From Ramazzottius varieornatus (Eukaryota > Animalia > Tardigrada): a DNA stretch of 64,000 bases. Where the stretch lies: positions 248,001 to 312,000 of the forward strand of contig BDGG01000017.1 in assembly GCA_001949185.1 (NCBI GenBank). Reading direction: 5' to 3'. Below are positions 25,855-36,688 of this stretch, piece after piece. The notes below the pieces were generated by a model. It made no database searches, had not been told where the DNA came from, and was given only the letters and a program-made list of their open reading frames with translations. Position numbers and translations under genes: made by a program. The first letter of the stretch is position 1. Each line of letters opens with the position of its first letter.

Positions 25855-28817
25855 TTATACAGTGTCTATCGAAGAATGGGGCTGTCCAAAAGTAACAGCT
25901 TGACTATGATTCAGAATACTCTCTAACATATCTCTCTGTGAAAACCGATCTGGCAAGGACGGCGGAGGCCTACTCGGACCCCGGAAAGATGAATGTGGGA
26001 CTTGGGAAAGAGGAGAAGCAGGCGGAAGCGGCGTGGAGGACCGAGAGGCGTTGCTCATCTCTTCTGTCCTCTTCGGCTTGCTTTCCTGCTCGATGAACTT
26101 AACCAGCATATTCCCAAAGCTGTCTTCTGGCGCTTGTCCAGGTGTGCCTCTGACGAAGAGCGAGCTGAGGGTGGAAGACTGGTTATACTGCACCTTCTGC
26201 TTCTCGTTGTCGGAGAAGTTAAGCGTCGACATCATCATGCGCAGAATGTCGTCTTTGGTGCCTTTGGGACCGATCAAATAGCCTAGCAGCATGCTCTTCA
26301 TCAACGCCGACTCCACTTTCGACTTGGAAGAGATGGAGGACTCTTCGATAGCTGCCTGCAGTGCGCGCTCCGTGGACTCGAGCATCGTGGACATGGCAAG
26401 GAGTTGCTGCCGGAGAGAATCTGCTTCGGCTAGAGCACGGACCTGTTCAGCCTGATTCTGAAAAGACAACCGAACTTGCAACCATAAAATTCAAAGTCTA
26501 AAGTCTCTAAACTCGGTGACCGACATCAGAACAAGCACAGCCTTGAGACGGATTCTGTATCAAGGGAGCACCCGTCTGGGACGCGCGTCATTACCTGACC
26601 GACTTGGACCGAACCGATTTCAGAAACCCACCTGTTGATTTTGGACCGCCTGCTCTTCGAGGAAAGCACAACGGTTCGTCACTTCCGCCAGTTTCTCCTC
26701 TAGGCTCTTGACGTTCTTCCTGGCTTTCTGTCTTTCGACTTCGAGTTCGTTCCGTTGGTCGAGTTTGATATGCTCGAAAGCCATACGAAGGTTGGACAGC
26801 GAAGCTTCACTCTGCGCCGCATTCTTTTCCGCCTGATGGAACTTGGTCATCGCGTCGTCGCGAGCTTCCAGCAGCACCCTGACTTCCCTCTCCAACGAAG
26901 CAATCTGTTCGGTTACTTCCAACGAAGCGTGCTGTTGTTGCGACATGCTCTCTTCCACCTGTTGCTGTAACTGAAACACCATCTGCCGTAGCTCTTCTTC
27001 CCTTTTCTGCGCACCTTCGAAGTCTTGAGCGTAGCCTTCCTCGACTTGGAGGAGATGGCCCTTCAACCGTTCAATTTCCTTCTTCGAACGTTCTCTGCCT
27101 TCAACAGCTGTTGCCAGTTCCTTCTGGAGCTGTTGCTTGTCTTGCATGAGGACTGAGTATTCTTCGAACGCAAGCAAGTCGCCAGTACTTTCTGTTTGAA
27201 CTCCGGAATGTTCTGAAGAAGCGGAAGGAATTTCTTCGGTTTGAGTGTCGGCCGTTGCCTTATTGATTTGTTCACCACACTGCGTCTCAACTTGCACTGA
27301 CGTCACTCTGGCTATTTCTACGGTTTCTGTTGGTGGATAAGCTTGTTCGACTGCCTCATCAGTTTGAGTTTCGGTCGTTGCTTGATTGATTTGTTCGCCA
27401 GCTTGCACTTCCGTTGACGTCACAGTGGGCATTTCTTCCGTAGATTCGGATTGACAGCCAACGGTCGATTGCTGTGCTTCTTCCCCTGCTTGAACTTCCG
27501 CGTCCGCAAATTCTAACGGCATGACGGAAAGTTCATCGGTTTGACTTTCGGTGGTTGAAGTTGAATTCTTCTCTTCGTCGTCCGTCTGAAATGCCGAGTC
27601 GCAGACCGGTGACGACTCGCGAGCTGAATCGTCCGTCTGACATTCAGCAGTTGACAGGCTGATTTCTTTCGATGGGGGAAGGTTTTCCAGGCTGATTCCG
27701 TCCGTCTGACATTCGGCAGTCATCTGAGCGCTCAGTTCTGCGCTCCGAAGTTCCGACAGGCTGAAGGAGACATCGTTAGTCTGACTTCCGGCCGTTGCTT
27801 CGCCCGTGTTTCTTTCCCTCTCTGAAAACTCAACGTCCGTCTGAGTCGAAGTCTCCGTTTGTTCACTTTCATCCTGAGTAGAGGAATCCACCTTGTCCAC
27901 GGAAGCACGTAGGTGAGGCGAGGAACCTTCACCGTACTGAGAAAGTTCGACAGTCTGGGCTTGTCCGTCAGAAAAGGTGATTTCAGGCTCGAACTGAACT
28001 GCGAAATTCTGCGTCGCCTCCTCTCTAGGCCCCGCGAACTCTTCAGTCTGTGATGCCATTTCAATCTTTTCCTGTGCTCCTGTTTTGTCTGAGACAGAAC
28101 CATCATGCGAAGAGACGTCCTTTGTGTCCAGAGGACCTGAAACGCAAGTACAGACATACAGTGCGTCATGTCATGTCGTGTGACGGTATGTAAGCGAGTA
28201 TACGACAACATGTCAACAAGTTTCCTACCTTTTCCATCGGACTCTGACTTGATTCTCGATATTTCCTGCATCAAATGTCGGATCGTCACATCCTTCTCCC
28301 GCAGTTCTTCCTCCATAGCTTCGACCAGACCAGATTCTACAGAATCTTTGTGAGCGAGAGGGCGATGAAAGCCATCAGGGTGAATTTGAGCTGCAGACAG
28401 AACGGGAAAACTACTCTCTATTCCTCTCGAAGGGTCAGGTGACGGCGTCGTGGCTGCCAAGTCGATATCCAGGAATTTATCATGGTCCGTCGAATTGATG
28501 TACGAACTCTGCTCGGTACTGGAGGATGTTCCGTTGAGTAACTTCGGTTGCGACGAAGTTTGACGATCGAATTCAAGTTGAGCTATTCGATCGCGTTGTT
28601 CGGCCAACAACGTCTCGTAGTGGTTAACCATCTGCTGGAACTGCTCCATAGACTTGTCGGGATGTTCTTCGGTCTTCGGGGAAGCCATCTGGAGAGAACC
28701 GAAGAGGGACGAGGGGCCATCAGCTGGTGGAACGATGTCTTCGCTGAGGATCTCTTTGGTTAGCGTCGACAAGCCTTCTCCCAGCGTGCTCAGTCCTTGC
28801 TTGAACCACGCGGCCAT
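25855..28817 (-). CDS. TRIP11: TRIP11/GMAP-210-like golgin, 898 aa, 3 exons
   Basis: Exons 28817-28229, 28136-26632 and 26457-25855 total 2697 nt in phase. Amphipathic N-terminus MAAWFKQGLSTLGEGLSTLTKEIL, coiled coil, GRAB domain (KVESALMKSMLLGYL...ILRMMMSTLNFS) and GA1 motif SFGNMLVKFIEQES. Confidence 0.85.
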
Positions 28818-29252
28818 CTTCGCTACTTTCCACGGACCATCAAATTAATTCAGCAATCGCTGAGGTAGGCAAACCAGGTGCTAGCTCAAGTAAGAAGGCA
28901 TCGTCGACGTGGCGCCTCTGTTGAAATTAGAGTCTCGTGAATCGTAATGATATCAACAACACATGTCCATTTCCTGTCAAAGGAACAACGACGCAGCCTT
29001 CTGGTACTAAACCGATATTTTCTCGACCAGACAAAGTTTCAAAGACGGAGTGAAATCGTTCAGGCGTTTGGATCGATGTCACGAAGTGGAAACTGGGAAG
29101 AAAAACTGGATCAAAACGGAAATTCGGAAATTAAAAAATGAAAACAGAGATGTTTGACCTTTCGTGGGACAAGGGGTACCCGTGGCTAAATCAAAGGTCC
29201 GCGAAGGGCTTTGGGCAATAAAGTGCCAATTTACTGTACCATTTTGATCTGA

Positions 29253-30248
29253 GGCACCTTTCATTTGGTAGTAACCTACTAGATTATTATGAAGATTACG
29301 AAAAACCTGCGTTCATAAAGGCGATTATGACCAAACCAACGGTAGGTAGATCATAACAGCCTACAAGGCGTTCATAAAGTCGAAAAGTTATGAATGAGTC
29401 AGATCTACTTGATTTCGATCAACCTAGTCACCAACTACGTTGAGTTTGTGAACGCATCAAGTGAATAACTAGCGTAGTATGTACTGTAGTGCTTCATCAA
29501 CTTCGCGAAGTACGTCAGTACGTCATACACGTACAGTTGAACCCCGGTCCGAAAATTTTGCCCTGCCAACCCTTAAGGGATATTTCGCACGTATGATGAC
29601 GTGCTTCGCGAAGTTCATGAAGCATTACAGTAATCCCCATTATAAGTTGCCTACCAGACCCACTAGCCAAAATAGGCTAGTAAGTTCTCCTACCCTACTT
29701 CCGATCCCTCCTCCAGCTCTCAGCTGCGACATCGGAAATGTTCCAAGAAACTTTAATTTTATGACTTTTGCTCTTTAAACCTTCCTGATGAAGAGACGCT
29801 CATTAGCATCGATGGGAACCAAAAACGTTTACGAGCGCCACGTTTACGCCCGACAGCGGTGTGGTAGCCTGGCGGGACCATCATCCTCCACGGTGCCTGT
29901 GCAGTTTGCAAACCAATTCCTCACCAATGCTGATCACTCCCTACTCCCAACAACATCCACAATGTCACAACGAAAGCTGCAGGTTACTTATAATCCACCA
30001 AATGTGAACTGGTCGTAGGAACGCACGAAGCATCGCGGAAATGCGATACGATGAAGTCACGTAGTCAACCACGTTGATAACGGAGACTTTATGAACGCTG
30101 GTTATCCAGAATCAAGTAGGCTGTGTGTGGTTGTTCGTAAATCCGTCTACCTCACCAACTAGCTTTTTCTAGCGTTCGCAAAGTCCACGTAGTTATTCAT
30201 AATAACCTAGTCGTTCGTAACAACCCAGTGGACTAAATGTAAGGTGCC
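29253..30248. mobile_element. Non-autonomous PIF/Harbinger-like DNA transposon (about 1 kb)
   Basis: Terminal inverted repeats GGCACCTTTCATTT / AAATGTAAGGTGCC, a 3-bp TGA duplication on both sides (29250-29252, 30249-30251), and inverted subterminal motifs GCGTTCATAAAG / CTTTATGAACGC. No transposase ORF. Confidence 0.8.
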
Positions 30249-30439
30249 TGAGTTTACTTGGACTTGGATCTTTTCAGCCAGAAGGCATCCACAAGTGGCT
30301 CTTGCGGCAACCCAATAGTGTTCAACATAGGGTCTTCAGCCACAAAGTAGCTTCTCTGCACTGCGGTGTGGCCCCCTACAAGTATCGGTATGGTGAGAGC
30401 GAAAATCAGAAGACTCACAGTGTCACGTTCTCTGGAGAC

Positions 30440-31226
30440 ACTCACAAGGGTTTTACGCCAGTCTGTCCACTCTGATCTTCAAGCAAATACGACAGAAAGA
30501 TAGAGGAGAGTTTACTCCACACACTGAGATAGATTGAATCGGCGGAATAAAATCTTGGAAGACACCACAGGAAGCGGAAGTGAATTCAGGGCGGATCGTC
30601 AGTGTGATAGTAAATCAACCGATTTGATTGCCTACTGTTTGATTTCATACTGGTTGATCCCGCTGCACTTGCACTCTCCGCTCAGCTGAGCGCAACCCGT
30701 TTTGTTGTACCTGTTCCTTCTTTGCTCTTACTTTCTTCGTTCCGTTACTGAGTAATCTCTACACGTGGCCGCTATGGATTCCGTCAATCCGTTGAATGTT
30801 CTGAAGCTTCTGGGAACGACTACAAGCAGTTCTTCCAACTGGACGATCAACCGAGCGAGGCAGACAAGCAGCTGAAAACACTGAACAAAGGTATCATTGC
30901 CGTTGACAATACAAAACATTGCAGTGAGATACTCCACCAGCTTCTGTTCTTACTCCAGAGTTAATAGATATCAAAATCAACCAAGCTGGAGTGCAGCGGG
31001 ATTAATCAATATGAAATCAACCAGCAGGCAATCAAATCAGTTGATTTACCATCACACTGATGATCCGCCCTGAATTTTGACATCACTTCCGCTTTCTGCG
31101 GTGTCTTCCAGGATTTGATTCCGCCGATTCAGTCTATCTCAGTGTGTGAAGCAAACTCTCCTCTATCTTTCTGTCGTATTTGTTTGAAGATAAGAGTGGA
31201 AAGACTGGCGTAAATCCCTTGTCAGT
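30440..31226. repeat. Long inverted repeat (about 230-bp arms, about 320-bp spacer)
   Basis: 30440-30670 is the reverse complement, with scattered mismatches, of about 30990-31226 (e.g. ACGACAGAAAGATAGAGGAGAGTTT / AAACTCTCCTCTATCTTTCTGTCGT). No target duplication seen. Confidence 0.9.
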
Positions 31227-31292
31227 ACTACTTTATCGTACCTCAGTCGAGCCAGCTCGCTCATTGGCTCGCTTTCGTTGAGAACTGTGTAG

Positions 31293-32255
31293 CTGACCAA
31301 GTGCAAGGTCGACTTCCGGATGGTCCGCTCTGGTGAATGTGGGGTGTATCGTAGGATAACTAAATGACTGAATGTGTGCCCGGCTGCCCGGGAAAACTTG
31401 ATAGACGGACGAACAAACGCGACAAGATTGTTTCCCAAGTGACGCACGCCCCCAGTCAATACCCCAGATAATGTGCGCCAACTGGGAAAACAATCTGGTT
31501 GAGTTTTCCAAGTGACGCACGCTTTCAGCCACAGAAGACGTGCGCCACTTGGAGAAACATTTGTGCCAGGTTTGTTTGCGGGGCCACCACTTTCTTTCAT
31601 CAACTGACTTACAGTATGAGATATTTCCGCGGTTATTTCTAAGCTCAATCAAACACACCATCCGTTAGAAGCGGAAGACGAGAAGCAGATGGGCTTCTTG
31701 AAGGACCTTGACGGACAAGCGAAGGTCATGTGGCCGTACCCGGCTGAACAGACGCAGTGGCTGGTCAAGATGACGAAGAAGCTTGAAGGAAAGGTCTTGG
31801 ACGAAGTGCGAACGAAAGAGGAAGAATATCTAAAGTTGCCAAAGTATGTTCTTCCGACAGCAACTGTAGATATTCTCCCGACAGTTTCACTGATGAAGGG
31901 CATGCGATATTGGTCGTTATCTTTTAGCGTGATGCTGTTGAAGAAGATGAGGCTGCCGAAGACCAGAGTGTGGAGTGGAGCAACGAGTGATGGCCGCGAG
32001 CTGGACGTCCTGGACTGCGCCTTCCTGGCGCGCCTGGCGGTTTTCCTCAAGAGGTTGGAGGGTAAAGCGGAAGAATGCCAACTGGAAGACCCTCCTCACA
32101 AGATAGCGAACGATGTCAAAGCCGTCGGCTACCACTTCTGGTACACTGTACCGAAAGAAGACCCACCAGATTCACAGCTTTCCTGGACAAATGCTGATTC
32201 TTTCTGTCTTTCCTACGCAAAACTGTACATACTAGATGTACGTAAACTGGTTTGA
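31293..32255 (+). CDS. Uncharacterised spliced ORF
   Basis: Exon-like LTKCKVDFRMVRS|EAEDEKQMGFLKDLDG...AVGYHFWYTVP with C/G-ending codon bias and a repeat-filled intron at 31334-31668. No family recognised. Confidence 0.35.
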
Positions 32256-33156
32256 GCATAGTCAGTTTGAAGGCAACTGAGCAAGAGGTATATGGTAAGA
32301 TTTTTCGGATGTTAAAATGTCTCATTGGCGTAACAGTCACCTAGTACCACAAGCTGCGGAGAAGGAGAGGAAGGTTACGGTGGTTCTGGTTCCAGCCCTT
32401 GGTCGATGCGTGCGTGAACTCCCTCCATTCGGGCTAGGCTTTCCTCGGCAGTTCCCAGAGCTTTCTGCATCAACTCCGGAAACAGTCGTCCCTCCCGTAA
32501 TTCGGCCAGTGCCGGTGCCACATCTTCCAGGATTTTCTTCCAGTTGGTATTATACAAAGTTTCATGACGATAAACTGACGCACTTCTCGCTAACCTAACG
32601 TCCTGAACATCTTTCGCATTTCGGATGACTCTGTCCCTGTTGGTTTCCGGCTCAGCTCCCACTCTGATGGACAAAGGAGCGGTCGATGGCATTCTAGTCG
32701 ATTTCCGCGGGAAGACACCGTTGGGAAGACGAAACGAACAATGGATGCGGAATTTGGCTTCCGCTTGCAGCCAGGTTTGAAGCAATCTCTCAATGAAGAA
32801 TTAAGACGTCACGAGAGCTCAATTAGATAACAATGTGCCAATGCCTTTTGTCAGTCAGCCGTTTTAGTTTTCGGGAGAAAAGACTTGCCCGCTGTCAGGC
32901 ATGAGGACCCGCCCTCCTCAAGCCCGTGTCTATTTGGGGCGGGCACTCCTGCCTGCCCGCTGCTTGAAGCCATGCACCGAACGCACTCGCGCACGGTACA
33001 CAACCGGATCTGACCACTGGTCTAGGATCCTCACTGAACTGATCAACACTCAGTAATATTTGTGTGAGCGGCTGTCTGCAGTTGCCAGAAGTTTTCGATC
33101 GTACTCCCGAGGAACCGAAAGTTTGCTGGAGACTCAGGCGTGTTTAGTATCAGACC

Positions 33157-33980
33157 ATGTCGTGGACAGCCATCTGCCTACTTTTGCTGTCGATATCCGT
33201 GATTTCGGGTAAGCAGTCCGTAGTACGGTCTACTCCATCGATCGATGATAGAAATATCTGACCAAGGGACAATAACTTCTTACCAGCAAATACCTGCATT
33301 CTTCGGGTCTATTCCGTCTACATGCTCCAACTGCATGCAGGTGGTGGGTATCGGCCACACACTCCCGTGTATCTGTTACAAATGGCGCACATTCACATTA
33401 TCATTGTCTCGAAACGTGCGTCAGTTGCAAAGCAAACTGGGCAACATTCTCTTTTCTTTCGCTGACGAACTTTGTCAGTGTTATTGGCTAGTAACGTGTG
33501 CCACTTTGAAAACGTTCTGGTACGTTTTGTTTGCTGGCCTTTCGTTACCTGTATTCTTGAACATTGGACTTTACAGGTGAAATCCAGGATGTGGCATCCA
33601 ACACGACGATGCATCCGGGTGAGATGCCCATCACGATAGCACCATTGGAAGAACACAAGATTACCCACCTACTGTCCTTCACCACCCTTCTTCGCCCTAA
33701 AGCCACCACCGCTGAGCCGGAACCACTACCAAGCCCTAAACCTCTAGTCAACGCGGTGAACAGTACCGTCACAAGCGCCGGCGTACCTCTGGAACAAGGC
33801 CACGCCACAAGACAGGCAAAAGAAGCCAGCCACAAGAGGGACTCACGTCAGCTGGGCTACCCCAATATGGGCGCTCTCAACGCAGGCTTCGCTGGTCCCG
33901 GGTCCGCCGTCAATAACTTGCGCATCCCCAATCCCATCTCATTGGGCAACCAACAGCTGCCTTTTGACTATTACGGTTGA
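33157..33980 (+). CDS. Secreted 151-aa precursor with RxxR site and C-terminal Gly (candidate amidated peptide prohormone)
   Basis: Exon 1 (33157-33208) is the signal peptide MSWTAICLLLLSISVISG, in phase with exon 2 (33577-33980), which ends KRDSR-QLGY...FDYYG*. Confidence 0.75.
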
Positions 33981-34363
33981 CCGGAAATTGCCGAAAAGGT
34001 CATTGTCTTCTTGCTTTGGTCATAATCGCTGTTCGACTCGCGTTTCAACTATTTCGCACTTTGTTTTATGCACTACTTGCTGACCATGCCTTGGCCGTGC
34101 TTTGTTATCGTTTTTATGTGCTTGAGGCGGATGCTAAGAAACGAAGATACTGTGAAATGGGAAGGGGAGTGTCCTTCTAATTAAGCTGCAGTAAACATCT
34201 CATCGACGAGACAGTTGCAACTTCCGGTGGCGAACTGAAAGGCCTTTGTACGTGTATATCTTTTGCTTAACGTGGGGCCCATAGAGTCGAAAGTCTACGC
34301 CGGATGTACAAATCGATTGGGATGGTCGGTCGTTGCTACAGTAGGTAGTGCGAGTCGTCGATT

Positions 34364-36498
34364 ATGGCAAATTATATTCTACGGAGGAATGTTCCCCGCT
34401 ACGAGGCAGGAGCCACTCGCAACATATACGGTACGACGTATGGCAGCGAAGACACGTTGCGCATATCCGGACCTTGTCCGCCCATCAACCGGCAGGAAAA
34501 GATGTACTACGGTAACTTGATGACCGACCCGCGGGTGTGGCGCGGCAACACTTACAGCATGTACCGCCAGCAGAAGCTGGAGGTCAAGAAGGTACGGTAG
34601 CCGGTACGTATCACCACCTACCCTCCCTTTCACCTTTTGACCGTCTCCCACCGTCTGTCGGTTGGCCTCGGTGGACTCTTCTTTGTGCTTAAGGTTTTAA
34701 CGTTGCAGTCTGTTGAGGAAAAGCACAAGAAGCGAGAACTGCGAGCCAGACCTTCAGGGGACAATGAATACCATAAGCGCATGCGCCAAACGCGAGATGG
34801 AGCGCTGTATGAGAACTCCGGACCGAAGCCTGTGCCTGGTCAACAACATAGCCTCGTTCAGACCGAACTGTTTCTCCAGGTATTGTATTGAATGGAACCG
34901 GTGATATTAACAGGTGTCCAAGTCACCTGGAAGTCGGAAAAAACTCGATAAGATACTTTTCTTCAGTGGTGCACGATTCCAGCTGATGACACCAGACAAG
35001 TGCGCCACTTGGGCGAATATATTGTCGAGCAGGCCAAGTGGCGCACATCTTCGGCGTTATAGACTTGAAGTGTGTGTCCCTCTCGAAAGAAAAAAATCTT
35101 ACCCAGTTTGTTTGGCGCACTCCTTCGCAGGATTAGTCTACCCTTTAGCATCAGTCCCACGCATCTGGGTATGCATTCTTGTTTTTCGTATTATATCAGG
35201 AGTTGTCCGTCAAGACACCGATAGCCAGTGTGGCCAACCAGACCGACGACTTCCTTCGGCGACCTCCCTCACCGGCCTTCGTGCAAGCCAAGACCGGTGT
35301 CGACGTCGAGACGCAGATCGATGAAAACCAACTCTTCCTCTTTGACATGGAAGTCATGCCGTTGTTGGAATGCCTTAACGGGAAAGTCATCGAACAAGCC
35401 TTGCTGGAAATTCTCCAAGAGGAAGAGCTTGCCGCCATTCGACAACAGCAACGCGCCTATCAGACCATCAAAAACTATTACCGAGCTGAAGAGCAACGGC
35501 TGGAAGAACAGCAGCGTAGAAGGAGGCAGGAGAAGGAAATGAGGAAGCTGCAGAGGAGGGAACTATTAAAGAAGGAAGAACAGGTGGCTGAGAAGCTGGC
35601 TACACAAGCTTTCGCCAAAGCTTACATGGAAGCGCTGGTGCCTAATGTTTTCATGCAGTTGAAGCAAGAAGGCATGTTCCTCAGTCCAGCGCGAGCCGGT
35701 AAGCTACCACATTTTCCGCTTTCCCACCTTACAGCCTCGGCCAACAAACTTGACAAGATTTCAATCCCAAGTGGCTCACACTGCCGCTCATACGGCTGAA
35801 GACGTGCGTTCCTTTGAAAACAAACAAACTTGACAAGGTTGTTTAACCCAGTGGCGCACACCTTCAGCCAATAGCACTGAAAAATTGCGCCAGTCGAGCA
35901 TAGGGTCTTGTCAAGTTTCTCGACTGGCGCATGCTTGCAGTCAACAACACTGAAGGCGCTCGCCACTTGTAAAAAAATCTTTCGAATTTGTCTGTTGAAT
36001 TTTCGTACTGGTTAATTTGTCGAGGTGGTTTGCCATACTCTGTCCGTTCTATAGAACTGGATATCCACATGGTACCGTGGGTCATTGGAAAAGTCAGCGA
36101 AGCTCTGGATGTGGAGACCGCCATCAATATGGTCATGATGGGTATGTTAGATTTAACACTCTTGGGCTTATATCAATTTTGAAGAAAAAGAAACTGTTTC
36201 TAATGGCAAAGTATGGCCCCAGATCTTCTGAAAGACGCCCTGAGCGACAACGTTCGCAACGTTCTGGATCCGCGGCACAACTCGATAGCCGATCGCGCCG
36301 AAGACGCCGCTAGTATGGCCAGTGAAGTGGCCAGCTTTGTCATCCGAACGCCCACACTGGAGGATCTGTAAGTAAAATTTCCTCATCCGCACACGTGAAC
36401 TACTCTCACTTTAACTTTATTTGCCATCCCATTGCAGACCGACGCCTCCACCGATAATCGTTCTACCCAACCCTGACAACGACGACGACGCCAAATAA
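34364..36498 (+). CDS. RSPH3: Radial spoke head protein 3
   Basis: YGNLMTDPRVWRGNTY, PVPGQQHSLVQTELFLQEL, QTDDFLRRPPSPAFVQAKTGVDVETQI and FDMEVMPLLECLNGKVIEQALLEILQEEEL. Last exon ends ...DNDDDAK* at 36498. Confidence 0.95.
35745..35995. repeat. Palindromic family A array (3 units, RSPH3 intron)
   Basis: AAACTTGACAAG outer arms and mixed spacer orientation. Confidence 0.85.
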
Positions 36499-36688
36499 AC
36501 TCTTCCTAATTTCACAGTCTCATGCGGGATGACGGTAAAAGTTAAAATCCCAGTATTTTTTGAATTTTTAATCACGTTCTGCTTGAGCTTGGCATTTTTC
36601 GGCACAAATCAGATTCTTTCTCAGAACATAACATTATATCTACAAGAGGGAGTTTAGGAACAAACCGAATTATTTCCGGATGGCTGAT

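Noticed and set aside
31649-32135. Minus-strand ORFs overlapping the 31689-32255 ORF
   Set aside because: Probably antisense shadows. Splice signals and frame continuity favour the plus strand, though neither is certain.
32375-32785. 136-aa minus-strand ORF with a helical-looking C-terminal half
   Set aside because: No recognisable family, non-ATG start and no consistent splice model, so it is not supportable as a gene.
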